DNA of 64,000 bases. Origin: Octopus sinensis (lineage: Eukaryota). The position numbers and the translations under genes were made by a program. Every line of letters begins with the position of its first letter. Position 1 is the first letter of the stretch. Below are positions 50,283 to 62,001 of this stretch, piece by piece. The stretch is taken from positions 930,001 to 994,000 of the forward strand of contig NC_043021.1 of assembly GCF_006345805.1 (NCBI RefSeq), given 5' to 3'. The notes under the pieces are model-generated. The model made no database searches. It was not told where the DNA came from and worked only from the letters and a program-made list of their open reading frames with translations.

Positions 50283-51993
50283 TACAAAGCTTACAGAGGG
50301 ACTGCTGAATTGAAATCTCTATGCTGCTTTGAGGGGAAGGTAAAACTTAACCAACTGCTTCTCCCTCTGTTGTTGGACTACCGTGATGTCTGTTTAAAAG
50401 AGAGAGATTATGATTGTGACAAAACAATGAAAGCAATACTTACTAAGCAAGTGAGCACTATTATACAAAATAATTATTAGACGTAAAATATAAACATTAT
50501 TAGAATTGGGAATCAAATATGAAAATATTGTCAAGGGGCTAGCAGAAAACCGCCTGGAGGGCGGTCTTTCTTCTAGTACAAACTAACCACGCTTCCTTAC
50601 TATTTCACAAACATCTCTCATTTAGTCACTAATGCATCGGTGGACTACGCAACAGATGAGATGGTAAATTTAAATAAATTGCTGAGTGAAATATTCTAAT
50701 TTAAATTTCCATTTATTTTCGACGGACTTTTAAACAAATATCTTACTAAGATGTCTTTGTCTTCTCATTAACCCAGTAAACTGATCCTATATTTAGGAAG
50801 AGAATCACCGCTGGCTGACAGAATGTACTATCGGACTACCAAGCAATGGCTTGATGGTTCGTGTCAACCATGGACAATATATTCAATACATAAAATGCCA
50901 ACGAAATTCTGTCCTAGAGAATTCTGTAAATGTTTTAGCCATAGCTTTAGCAAGTAGTGTTATCTTCGAATGAAAAGGTGTCAATATAAATCTCCTTTAA
51001 ACTTCAAATTCCAATATTACTAACTGCATTTTCATTAATTAAACACTCTAAAGCAAGAAGCAATCACTCCTCGTACGATTTCAGTTTATATAACTTACTT
51101 TGGTTTATGAACCCGAACTAAAGTTCTATTCCTGCCGATCTGAAATATAGATTATATTTCATATATAACTAAATATAAAAGGGATTGAAAGTAATGCACA
51201 CGTGACTTCATTTTCATTAATTTCAGCGCCCCCGGAACTCGTTCAGTTTCTGTAAATATTGGTACCAATAATAACGAACAGCCGGGTCGATATGTTATGA
51301 CAGCTACTAAATGGAAAGTACATTCTCAGTATTCTCCTGACCCCATGCGTAAGTATTTTGCAACTGATATTTAACTACATACTCTTCACAAATAATCTTA
51401 TATCTTAATATTCTTTGGGATTTATTTATGATTACTTTAACAAGGCAAAAACATAACTTTCATTTGCCGTTGATTTGAACCCGAGTTGTATAATCCGTTA
51501 CTTTCCACGGTTTGTCTGAGATTTTCCGTTCGATGTGGGCGATTCAACCTATTTCACACAAGAGTTTACACTTTTGGCATTCGAAATTGAGGAAAATCAC
51601 AAAGAAAATCATCTGAGACAGTTAGACATAGAATTAATGGATACTCAAAACTAGTCCAGAAGGAGTACAGAAATCCCCAAGGCTAAGAGTAGCAGAGTGA
51701 AGTGAATAGAGTGGGAGTTGTGCAAGAAGTATGGGTTAGAATGTAGCAACAAGTGGTATGGGCACCACCATTTACCAAGACACAGGATTGGAAGTGAAAA
51801 GAATCTGTAGACCATGGCAAAGAGAGCGATAGTCTGGCTTCAAAAGCTGCAAATACCAAACTTCACCGGAAATATTCAGTTGGCAACAATACTTGGAACA
51901 ACTCGTGTGTGGCGAAAAAATGTTGCATCTATACACTGCAGGGTGGAGCTGAAACATGACATAGATAAATTAGGAAAGGCTAAGTGAATAAAC

Positions 51994-52054
<61 letters not shown>

Positions 52055-52457
52055 GATGATGATGATCATGATGTCGACGACGATGATACTAATAACAACA
52101 ACAACCACAACAACAACAACAACAACAACAATAATAATAATAATAATAATAATGATGGGCTGATTGCTACCTAACTCAGATACCAGGAAACCCCAAAATG
52201 GCAGAAATTCAAAAGATAGTGCTCATGGGAACTGCTCATATCCTACGCAAAATACTTTCTTTGTAATCTCAAGTTTTAAAACAAACATAATTTTCGTATG
52301 GTTTTTTAGGCATTCACTAGTACAACACTAAGTACAAAACCAAATATATGGCACCCTAGGCATAACACCAACATGAACTTCCAACTTGTTGTCTCTTGAG
52401 GTCTCTGGGTGAGACTTGGAGCCAGCTTGTGCAAATGTAAAGCAAAAGTCAAACATA

Positions 52458-52497
<40 letters not shown>

Positions 52498-52703
52498 TGT
52501 TTCAAATTTTTCCTCAAGGGCAGCAGTTTTGAGGGGATGATGTTGAACTGGTACCTATTTTATCAACCCCGTAAAGATGAAAGGCAAAGTCGACTTCGGC
52601 AGAATTTGAACTCAGAACGTAGCGGCAGACGAAATACTGCAAAGCATTTCACCCAGCGTGCTAACTATTCTGCCAGCTCACCGCCTTAATAATAATAATA
52701 ATG

Positions 52704-52750
<47 letters not shown>

Positions 52751-53241
52751 CCTTTTCACTATGGGCACAAGGCCTGAATTTTTTAAGGGAGGGGACTAGT
52801 CGATTACATTAACCCCAGTGTTTCACTGGTACTTCATTTATCGACCCCGAAAGGATGAAAGGCAAAGTCGACCTCGGTGGAATTTGAACTCAGAACTAGT
52901 GACAGGCGAAATACCGCTAAGTATTTTGTCCGGCGCGCTAAAAATTCTGCCAGCTCACCACTTTAATAATAATAATAACAACAACAAAAACAACAACAAC
53001 AACAATAATAATAACAGCATCAACGACAACAATAACTATAACAATAATTTCTATTTTAAAAGGTAACGATATTGCTATGATCCGTCTGCCTAAGCCAGTG
53101 TCATTCGGAAATTGTGTGGCCCCTGCTGCTCTTCCTGCCCCAGGACAGAAATTTGATGGGAAAAAATGTATTGCAGCTGGATGGGGTAGAACTGGAGGTA
53201 GGTATTCAATTTCATTTATTAATATCTGTCTTGTGTTTGAC

Positions 53242-53280
<39 letters not shown>

Positions 53281-56200
53281 CTCTCCTACCTTATCTATCT
53301 TGTTATGTACTGAATTTCAGAGAGTTCGCCAGCAATATCCTACGTATTTTTAAAGCTACAAACAGTGTCTCAAATAGCATAGAGTGAACATCAAATTCGT
53401 AGGGAAATCAATAAATGGCAGTTGTTGGTTGTGTAAGGAGATCAAAAGATATTCAGCATTGATAAAAATTAAGGAAATCACATAGAATTTATCACACAAA
53501 ACCATCTTGTACGTATGTACGTATGTATGAATGTATGTATGTATGCATGCATGCATATTTGTATGTGTTATGTATGTGTGTATGTATGCATGCATGTATG
53601 TATGTATGCATGTTTGTATGTGTTATGTATGTATGTATGCATGCATGCATGTATGTATGCATGCATGTTTGTATGTGTTATGTATGTATGTATGTATGCA
53701 TGCATGTATGTATGCATGTTTGTATGTATGTTTGTATGTGCACGTGCAAATTTGTATGTTTTGTTTTATGTATGTATTCTCATGCATATAGCTGCATATC
53801 TATACATACTCATATATACTTAAATGCTAAACTTCTGGAAAGTTTTACAGATTTTTACTTTTCCAGTGATGGCTCAGATTTGTAGTTTTCGCATCAGCTT
53901 TCTCCTTTCTGGTTTTGAGAAGCCTAATTTCTCAAGACTGATATTTAGGCAGTGTGCTACATATCCCAGTGCCCCAATAATTACAGGTATAAACCTGAAG
54001 TTGTAATCTGAATAGAATAGTTGTAGATTCCTCAATGGTTCACTATATGTATGTATGTATAAATATGTGTGTGTGTGTGTGTGTGTGGTGTGTGTGTGTG
54101 TGTGTGAGTGTAAGACAATACCCCCCTAAAAACCTAGCGATAAAAACCCCTGAAGACAAAACCCACCAAAGACAAAAAACAAGCAATTCTTAACCGATAA
54201 TGTTTATTCTTCTTATTTGTAGCTTATAAACAACACTTCTCTGAGATGTAAAATATTACATTTATTATGTAATAACCCCAATCACAAAAATAATAAAAAG
54301 AACATCATACGCATCTTTGAAAAACTAAATGAAACACAATATTGAAAAGCTCATTAAGCGTTGAGGTTCCTTTAAAGTTCATTTTCTGGAACCATTCAGA
54401 AATTTCTTCATGGTCTTCCTCTCATTCACATCGTCCAGAGGGGAGTTTTGTCCTATACATACATACATACATACATACATACATACATGTATGTATATGT
54501 ATTGCAAGATGCAACGAAAGTTTTAGGAAAATAAAAATAAGAAATCAGTGGAGATTTTACCGGTGAGTGTGTTAAATTATGAGGCACAAAAAGAAAATGA
54601 CTCTCCCCAGACACAACAGAATATGCTTCAACACACGAACTCACATAAAGAATCTTGCAAACCAAATCTAAAAACGATATTATATATATATTTTTTTTTT
54701 CTCTCCTTGGTTTTTTTCTGTGTCCCTTTCTGTAGAAGAGCGTAGGCTCAAAACGTAAAAGACTTTTTCTATTCCTGAGCATTATACTAATACGTCTGTT
54801 TGTTTTGTACACCACCTGTCTTCGTCTTTTGTTGTTTTTTTTCGTAAACTCTCCTATATATATATATATATATATTCGTGGAAAATAAGGATTGAAGAAA
54901 TCCAGTCGAATACCTCAGTCAACACTTCATCTGATAACACCTGACCAACAGAAAGTCACGTCAGGAATATAAGAATCACAATTGGTTAACTCTACCAGAC
55001 GAGTCAAACAAACTGTAAATTCGAGGTTATTTACCTTTTAATTTTTGGTGCATTTATCGCAGAGTATAATAACAATCAGACAAAACAAAAGTTAAGATTA
55101 TTGAAAGATAACGATCTTTTCGGGTGGGTAGCGGAATTGTTTCATCTCTGTATATTAGTTTGTATGTGTAATCGATCAATTAATTAATTAATTAACTCTC
55201 AGTCATTCTCATCAGACCCTAAAGTATTATTGTAGGCAAACATATAAACTGGAGGCAATGGGTAACACAGTTTTAAAGATATGAACATCAAAAATTGCCC
55301 TTCCAGAATAATTCAGGAGATGAACGTTGTACATAATTGAGATATCAAATTACTTTCTTTTAGTGCAAACTTGCCAAATTCACATCCTGAGAGGTCAGGA
55401 TATCAGCAAGTATATAACTGATTCCTTTTTTTAAGCAAGACAGAGAAGAGATTTGAAAGTAACTTAAAGAAGAAAGAGCAGGTAAAGTTTTACTGGGTGT
55501 ATAATAAATGTATGTAAAATTATAAGTTAAATGTCCACCTCTGTAGTCCATTCAAGTAAATTAAATTGAATTAAATAAGTTGCAATTGTTAAGGGTTAAA
55601 GTAAATAATAAGAATTAGAAAATGAGTAATTTGTATGTACTAGACTGGTTCAGTCATAAATAATACACATCAGTCTAGTACATGAAACTGTGATGGTGAT
55701 ATATGGTATTGGCTCTGAGCAATAATATTAACACTAATAGAATAAATCTTATCTTTACATACCTAAAAGAATGTATAACTGTAGTAACCGAGACAAATGC
55801 CCTTTAGATGACCAATATCTGAAAAATAATCTAATATATAACTGCTCGGTCAAAAAACTTGAGAGTGTCTCTTATTACAAAAATGATACCGCTTCGAAAT
55901 TTAAGACCAGATACATAATCGCATTCATTATCCTAAATACAAAAGAAATTTTAACAAATGCATTTCGTTGGCTAAGTTCATCTGAAACTTCGAAGGAAGG
56001 GATATAAATTACACCATTTCACACCATATTATATGTAGTGCTCTTCTTTAAAAGAGGGTGGGTAGCTGTAATTTGTGGTCAGCAGAGGCACTAGAAATTC
56101 TCTATTATAAATCTAACTTAATTAATGAGCATAATGAATTGTTAATCTGCTGTACAGAAAATATTTTGGGGCTCAGACAATATTATTATATTTTGAAATA

Positions 56201-58032
56201 AGCAAGATTCACATATTTATTTTTTTTGTAGTTTAATCAATAGGAATCATTGCAGGAATTGGAAAAATTCTTCACAGACTGATACGAAAGCCTACTATCA
56301 CTGGTACTGTAAAGAAAAATAATGAATATCCCTTTTTTACTAAAATATTCTAATTTTCTAAGATGCACTTCTATTGAAACGACTGGGCATGAACGTGAAA
56401 AGTTCAACAGGCCAGGGTTCAGCCAATGAGTTCTGAAAATGTAGTGCCTATGGATGTGGTCTGTGGTTGTGCATAATTACACACAGTGAGAAAGAAAGAA
56501 AGAAAGAAATAGAAATAAAAGGTAAAAATGATAGAGTAAAATGATGATGGCTGAGAATTTTAAGATTTCCAGTGAAATAGCAGCTTCTTTTAATGTCCAG
56601 TAGAACTAAAAATTACTTCAATAAAGCCAATTCAAGTTTTTGTTTTTTTTTATTTTTCTAATTTCAGTGGATGAGAGTTCGACTGTCGAACTTCGACATG
56701 TATCGATGCCAGTTGTTGCTCACCGTGTCTGCAAATCGAGAATGTCCTATGCCTCTCTCGCAGATCAACATATTTGTGGAGGTGATTTCAACTATGGCGG
56801 TGCCAGCACTTGTATGGTGAGATATTTATTTTTTTTACTTCTTAAAGGAATTGAGAAGTGGAGGAAGTTCAGGGAACTTTCAATCTCTAAATACACATGC
56901 AGTGATAAGATGTTTACACAGACATAAAATCAACTAGAACCGAAACTAAAATGTAAAGTGAGACAGAATAACCAAAGTTATACAGTTCCACCAATCTTCT
57001 TCGAATATATGGAAAGAGATAGTGGAAAGTTAGATGCATATCCAGCTATTTATCTAACTGGGTTCTGAACGTCTTAAAAATGCAGATAATACCTCAATGC
57101 AGCCAGGTAAAAGGCAACATTTCAGAACTTCAGTATCTTTATATTTTATTGAAGAAATTTGTTATGTTTATCCTACAAAACGAAAAGTAATTCTTCGACA
57201 GAATATTACTTCCTCCTCGCACTGCACCTTCTGTTGCATTGCCCAATGCCAGGGATCCTGGCTGGAAACATTTCCCAGCAGAAGAATCTTGGTTCAGATA
57301 ACTACATCAAAGAGAGGCTTCACCATTTGTTGGTACCTGATTCTGTGACTTCATTCCCTTCTATTCCATTCAGCATTGCAGAAAGATTTCGATCTGGAGA
57401 TAAACATATTGATCGGATGGAAAACTCCAAGCTTTACAGCTTAAAGGTGGCAACTAGACCGGCTTCCTTCTCAAATGACATCATATTGTCTTCAAATAAC
57501 GAAGATACCTAGAATAATATTGTCCTACACACAATATTGCTGTGGAAAAGACGAAATAGAGAGGAGTAGAATGTCTATGATTGAAGGTTTGATTAATCAG
57601 GACCAGCCTTGGGCTAAATAATAATAGCAGCAGCTATGTAAGAAACAAAAGCATATAGACACATGCATAAATAAATAGACATACAATTATACATACATAT
57701 ACAAGATTATGTAGTTATCCAGTGACATACAGACATGTAGACACACACACACATGAACAACATATATCTCATCACATTTACATATTTCTATACACATTCT
57801 CATATATATACCAGTATATACACCCGTACCATCTCGAACTAATTGTTAAATGTTCTTTTTGTTTCCTACCCAGGGTGATTCTGGTGGTCCTTTCTATTGC
57901 CCCACCGGAAATGGCAACATGGTTGTGGCTGGCATCACATCATTTGGTTATGACTGCGCTATTGATGCTGCCATATTTACCAGTGTTTCACACTTCAGGA
58001 ACTGGATCGACACCGCATTGAGGACTTTATAA
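49193..58032 (+). CDS. Secreted chymotrypsin-like S1A serine protease, copy C (254 aa, 42 aa differences from A/B). Exons 49193-49241, 49382-49532, 51227-51348, 53063-53197, 56668-56816, 57874-58032.
   Basis: Exon lengths (49,151,122,135,149,159) and phases are identical to A/B. MLAIFCLAIVLPLSFA-GPKEQ-IVGG; His57 CAT 49525-49527, Asp102 GAT 53068-53070, Ser195 TCT 57880-57882. Confidence 0.95.
51660..52470 (+). mobile_element. Fragmented R4/Dong-type LINE 3' end in intron 3 of protease C
   Basis: EWELCKKYGLECSNKWYGH (51710-51770) and QIPGNPKMAEIQKIVLMGTAHILRKILS (52180-52262), interrupted and followed by (TAA)/(CAA) tracts. Confidence 0.7.
52500..52960 (-). mobile_element. Two tRNA-derived SINE copies separated by (AAT)n
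   Basis: Same gatgaaaggcaaagtcgac...tttgaactcagaac core as 14755-15115. Confidence 0.8.
55770..55960 (+). mobile_element. Penelope-like GIY-YIG linker remnant
   Basis: YNCSNRDKCPLDDQYLKNNLIYNCSV...TASKFKTRY resembles the CNC-x5-CPL...IY...RF EN start. Confidence 0.55.
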
Positions 58033-58086
58033 ATTCTTGCAAGACGATGAAACTCTACATTGTACCTGACATCTCAACTATTTTTT

Positions 58087-58092
58087 AATAAA
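58087..58092 (+). terminator. Polyadenylation signal AATAAA, protease C
   Basis: About 55 nt after TAA at 58032; same context as A/B. Confidence 0.7.
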
Positions 58093-58419
58093 ATAGATTT
58101 TTACTGAGCAATATTCTAGCTTTCTTCTTTTTACAGTAATTCTCCATCTTAAAAATAAACCAACCAATATCAAGAATGTCTCTGTTTGCATTTCCAATGT
58201 TCAAATCCCAAATTTCTGCTGCTTGCCACGATATTGATGGTGTATTCTGTGTTTCTTAGACCTGAGATTACAGTCTTGTACTAAAGAAGGGCTTAAAGAA
58301 TCTCTCGTTGTCCGTTGAGGCATTTGGCACACACACACACACATATATACATACACACAAGTGCATATATGTTTGGGGGGGGGGTTGTACACATACATTA
58401 CACATACACCCATATAGAA

Positions 58420-58638
58420 ATAAGTCACCAGGTTTCCTCCCCAGTTAGAGATCAGCACTCCTTCACACAACTGTCTCCGTCCATATGCATCGCATGACCA
58501 TACCAGTGAGGTCGTTGCTCTTGCACACCGCATCTGATGCTTCTTATGCCCAGCTTTTCTCTCAAGATGCTAACACAAGTCTTTGGTGGCCACAGCCCAT
58601 ATTTCACTGCCTTGTAGCATGGTTCTTTGCACACAGGT
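58420..58638 (-). mobile_element. RTE-clade LINE fragment
   Basis: Minus strand VQRTMLQGSEIWAV...LREKLGIRSIRCGVQEQRPHWYGHAMHMDGDSCVK. Confidence 0.75.
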
Positions 58639-59460
58639 ATCATACATACATACATACATGCATACATGCATACATGCATGCATACACACATACACACATA
58701 CATACACACACATACATGCATACATACATACATACATACATGCATGCATACACACATACATACATACATGCATGCATACACACATACATACATACATACG
58801 TAAGTACATACATACATACATACATACATACATGCATGCATACATACATACATACATACATACACACACGCATGCATACATACATACATACATACATGCA
58901 TGCATGCATACACACATACATACATACATACATACATACACACACGCACGCATGCATACATACATACATACATACATACATACATACACGCATGCATGCA
59001 TACATACATACATACATACACACACACACGCATGCATACATACATACATACATACATACATACATGTATGCATGCATACACACATACATACATACATACG
59101 TAAGTACATACATGCATGCATACATACATACATACATACATACATACATACATACAAACATACATACATACATACATACATACATACATACATACATACA
59201 TAAATACATACATACATACACACAAACATACAAACATACATACATACATACATACATACATACATACACACATACATACAAACATACATACATACATACA
59301 TACATACATACATACATAAATACATACATACATACAAACATACAAACATACATACATACATACAAACATACATACATACATACATACATACATACATACA
59401 CACATACATACAAACATACATACATACATACATACATACATACATACAAACATACAGACA
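58639..59460. repeat. ~820-bp compound (CATA/CATG/CACA)n microsatellite
   Basis: Direct reading of the sequence. Confidence 0.95.
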
Positions 59461-59847
59461 TATAAATTTTGATTAATGTAAACAAGTGGAAGAATAAAAG
59501 AACTGAAGTTGAAAATGCAGAGGAAATGTATTCAAATTAGAATTTTATTTTATTTTGAAATATAGGAATCCACCCGGGGTATATTGGTATTTATTGTATA
59601 GTTTCCGACTCATGAGAGAGTGCTGCAGGATGTGTCGAAACGACCGTTGTGATAAATAAGATTTCTAGTATATTCTATTTTTTGTATCAATTGTTTCTGG
59701 TTGTGTGGTAAGAAGCTTGCTTCCCAACCACATAGTTCTGGGTTCAGCTCTTCTGCGTGGCACCTTGGGCAAGTATCTTCTACTATAGCTTCGGGCTGAC
59801 CAAAGCCTTGTGAGTAGATTTGGTAGATGAAAACTGGAGGCAGCCCG

Positions 59848-60173
59848 TTTTGTATATAAATAAAAAAGGCAGGCAACAGGTTGCTTAGCCACATACCAAA
59901 AAAACTAGAAATAGCAGTCAAAGACTGTTTATTTCTATTTTCTACAAATAAAACTCCACATACGACATATCCCTGTAATTCACATATGCAAAACAGAAGG
60001 AAGAAATAACGAAAACAAAGTTATTTATGAACACGTTTCTGGATTAGGAATATAATAAAATATCAATACCATGTCCTTCAAAATAGAAATAAACAGTCTT
60101 TGACTGCTATTTCTAGTTTTTTTGGTATGTGGCTAAGCAACCTGTTGCCTGCTTTTTTTATTTATATACAAAA
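59848..60173. repeat. Inverted repeat: ~94-bp arms with 1 mismatch, ~138-bp spacer
   Basis: 59848-59941 is the reverse complement of 60080-60173. Confidence 0.88.
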
Positions 60174-60184
60174 TATGTATTGAA

Positions 60185-60223
<39 letters not shown>

Positions 60224-60347
60224 AATCTCCCAAAAAACGAAGAACAAATGCAAAAAAAAAACAACACTGAGAGGACATGGTACATGTGAAATATTAGCAA
60301 ACACTCAAGGCAGGAAAGAAAGATGATTTAACATTTCGAGCAAAGCT

Positions 60348-60390
<43 letters not shown>

Positions 60391-60508
60391 GAGATTCAGC
60401 TGAATTAGGTACTTAAGCTGAAGAAGCACCAAGTCAGTCTGGTATTATCTGCATAACTCAAAGTAAGGTGAATAAAATCAAAATAAGCAACAGGATATCG
60501 AGTAGTAA

Positions 60509-60594
60509 TGCAGTACAACCATTTCAAATGGCTCCATTCAATTGAACAATACAATCATTACATGAATTTAAATGCAGCGCCATCTTCAGCTGCA
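60509..60594 (-). ncRNA. Hammerhead ribozyme motif (partly degenerate stem III)
   Basis: Minus strand TGCAG-CTGAAGA-TGGC...GCCA-ttt-GAAA-TGGTT-GTA-CTGCA. Confidence 0.55.
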
Positions 60595-61275
60595 CAAATA
60601 AATAAATTGAATTTTAACAAGTAGGACACATTAACATATTTTTCTCAAATATTTTAACAGAGCAAGAAGACGTAAGAAATTCATGTTGTTGCTATTGTAG
60701 CTAAGAATAGAGAACACTTCTAAAAATCGCATGGAGCATGGTGGGGTCATAGGGTTGTAAGGGATTGAAATTCATTTCTAATTCATTTATCTCTATCAAC
60801 TGCTAAATCTACGACTAGAAGACTTTGTCTATTTTGAATAAAGGACAAAAGTGAGTTGACAGCTCATGGCTAGGTATGGTCATGAATATTATCATATGTA
60901 TCCGTTTTCCTTGGGGAGGAAATAAGACATTGGGAGTAGTCAGTTGGATATAAGTAACTGTCTATAAAAAGAGGTAGGATTGGAGTAGACTTTAAATCAT
61001 GATGTTAATTACCAGTTAAAGGGGCAAGACACTAAGAAACCTAAGATGTTAATACAGGGGAAATTTTATTCTGGGTGATTGTTTATAAACGATATTGCTA
61101 TGCTGTATAAAAATAGAATTTAAGAATTTCAAAAATGATATCATAACCAAAATAAATAAAAGGTGTGTATCTATCAATTATAAACATTGAAAAGGAAAGA
61201 TTACATAGAATCAGTTTAATATTCATTCGCATACTTAATTAATTACTTATTAGGTGGTTTCTATAAATTTATTTA

Positions 61276-61361
61276 TGCACCTGGAGATAGCGCTGCATTT
61301 AAATTGATGTAATGATTGCATTGTTCAATTAAACGGATCCGTTTGAAACGGTCGTACTGCA
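61276..61361 (+). ncRNA. Hammerhead ribozyme motif, degenerate core (CTGGAGA); inverted paralogue of 60509-60594
   Basis: TGCAC-CTGGAGA...GAAAC-GGTC-GTA-CTGCA. The flanks align with 60470-60600 reversed. Confidence 0.45.
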
Positions 61362-61391
61362 TCAGTACTTGACATCCTGTTGCTTATTTTG

Positions 61392-61429
<38 letters not shown>

Positions 61430-61789
61430 AGAGTAAGCACATAAATGCGAAACAAGGTAGAAGGAAAAATAGTACTCGAATACCAGAGGTAGAGTAATAT
61501 GCTTTCTTAAAAAGCAGCAGAAATATAACAAAAACTTACTCAGTGTTTCATCTTCCCATTCATTGAACAGTTTTGTTTAGAACGGGAATGTGGAACTCAG
61601 AGTAACAGTTTTTGTGATATTTTTGCTGCTTTTTGATAAAGTATATATATATATATATTTGCCTGCTCGCTTAGCCAGCAGGGTGGCGTTATTTGAAGGC
61701 TAAAACAATGTGAAGCGCATTGTGACCAGCAATGTGTAGCAACATCTGATGACCTGGTCGGTCACGTGATCACGTGACGTGATATATAT

Positions 61790-62001
61790 ATATATAATAT
61801 TAATTAGAGACAAAACCACTATTTTGCAAATCAAACAAAGAAAGACTTAATCCAATACATAAAAAAAAATTTTAATATAAATTAAATAAAATTATAATTT
61901 TATTTAATTTATATTAAAATTTTTTTTTTTTATGTATTGGATTAAGTCTTTCTTTGTTTGAATTGCAAAATAGTGGTTTTGTCTCTAATTAATATTATAT
62001 A
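61790..62001. repeat. ~210-bp near-perfect palindrome without a spacer
   Basis: Centre at 61894/61895 (aattATAatt). The arms differ only in poly-A/T length and about one substitution. Confidence 0.9.

Noticed and set aside
58452-59485. Long ORFs of 200-330 aa (MYVC.../HTYI...), and similar ones at 14132-14606, 28870-29372, 33390-33715, 42840-43432, 44625-45178 and 53515-53885
   Set aside because: These are translations of tetra- and dinucleotide microsatellites, which are open in several frames; they carry no protein signal.
60325-60350. tttcgagcaaagctctt, a hammerhead stem II + GAAA on the minus strand
   Set aside because: It is truncated by (TA)n before the CUGANGA core, so it is only a remnant.
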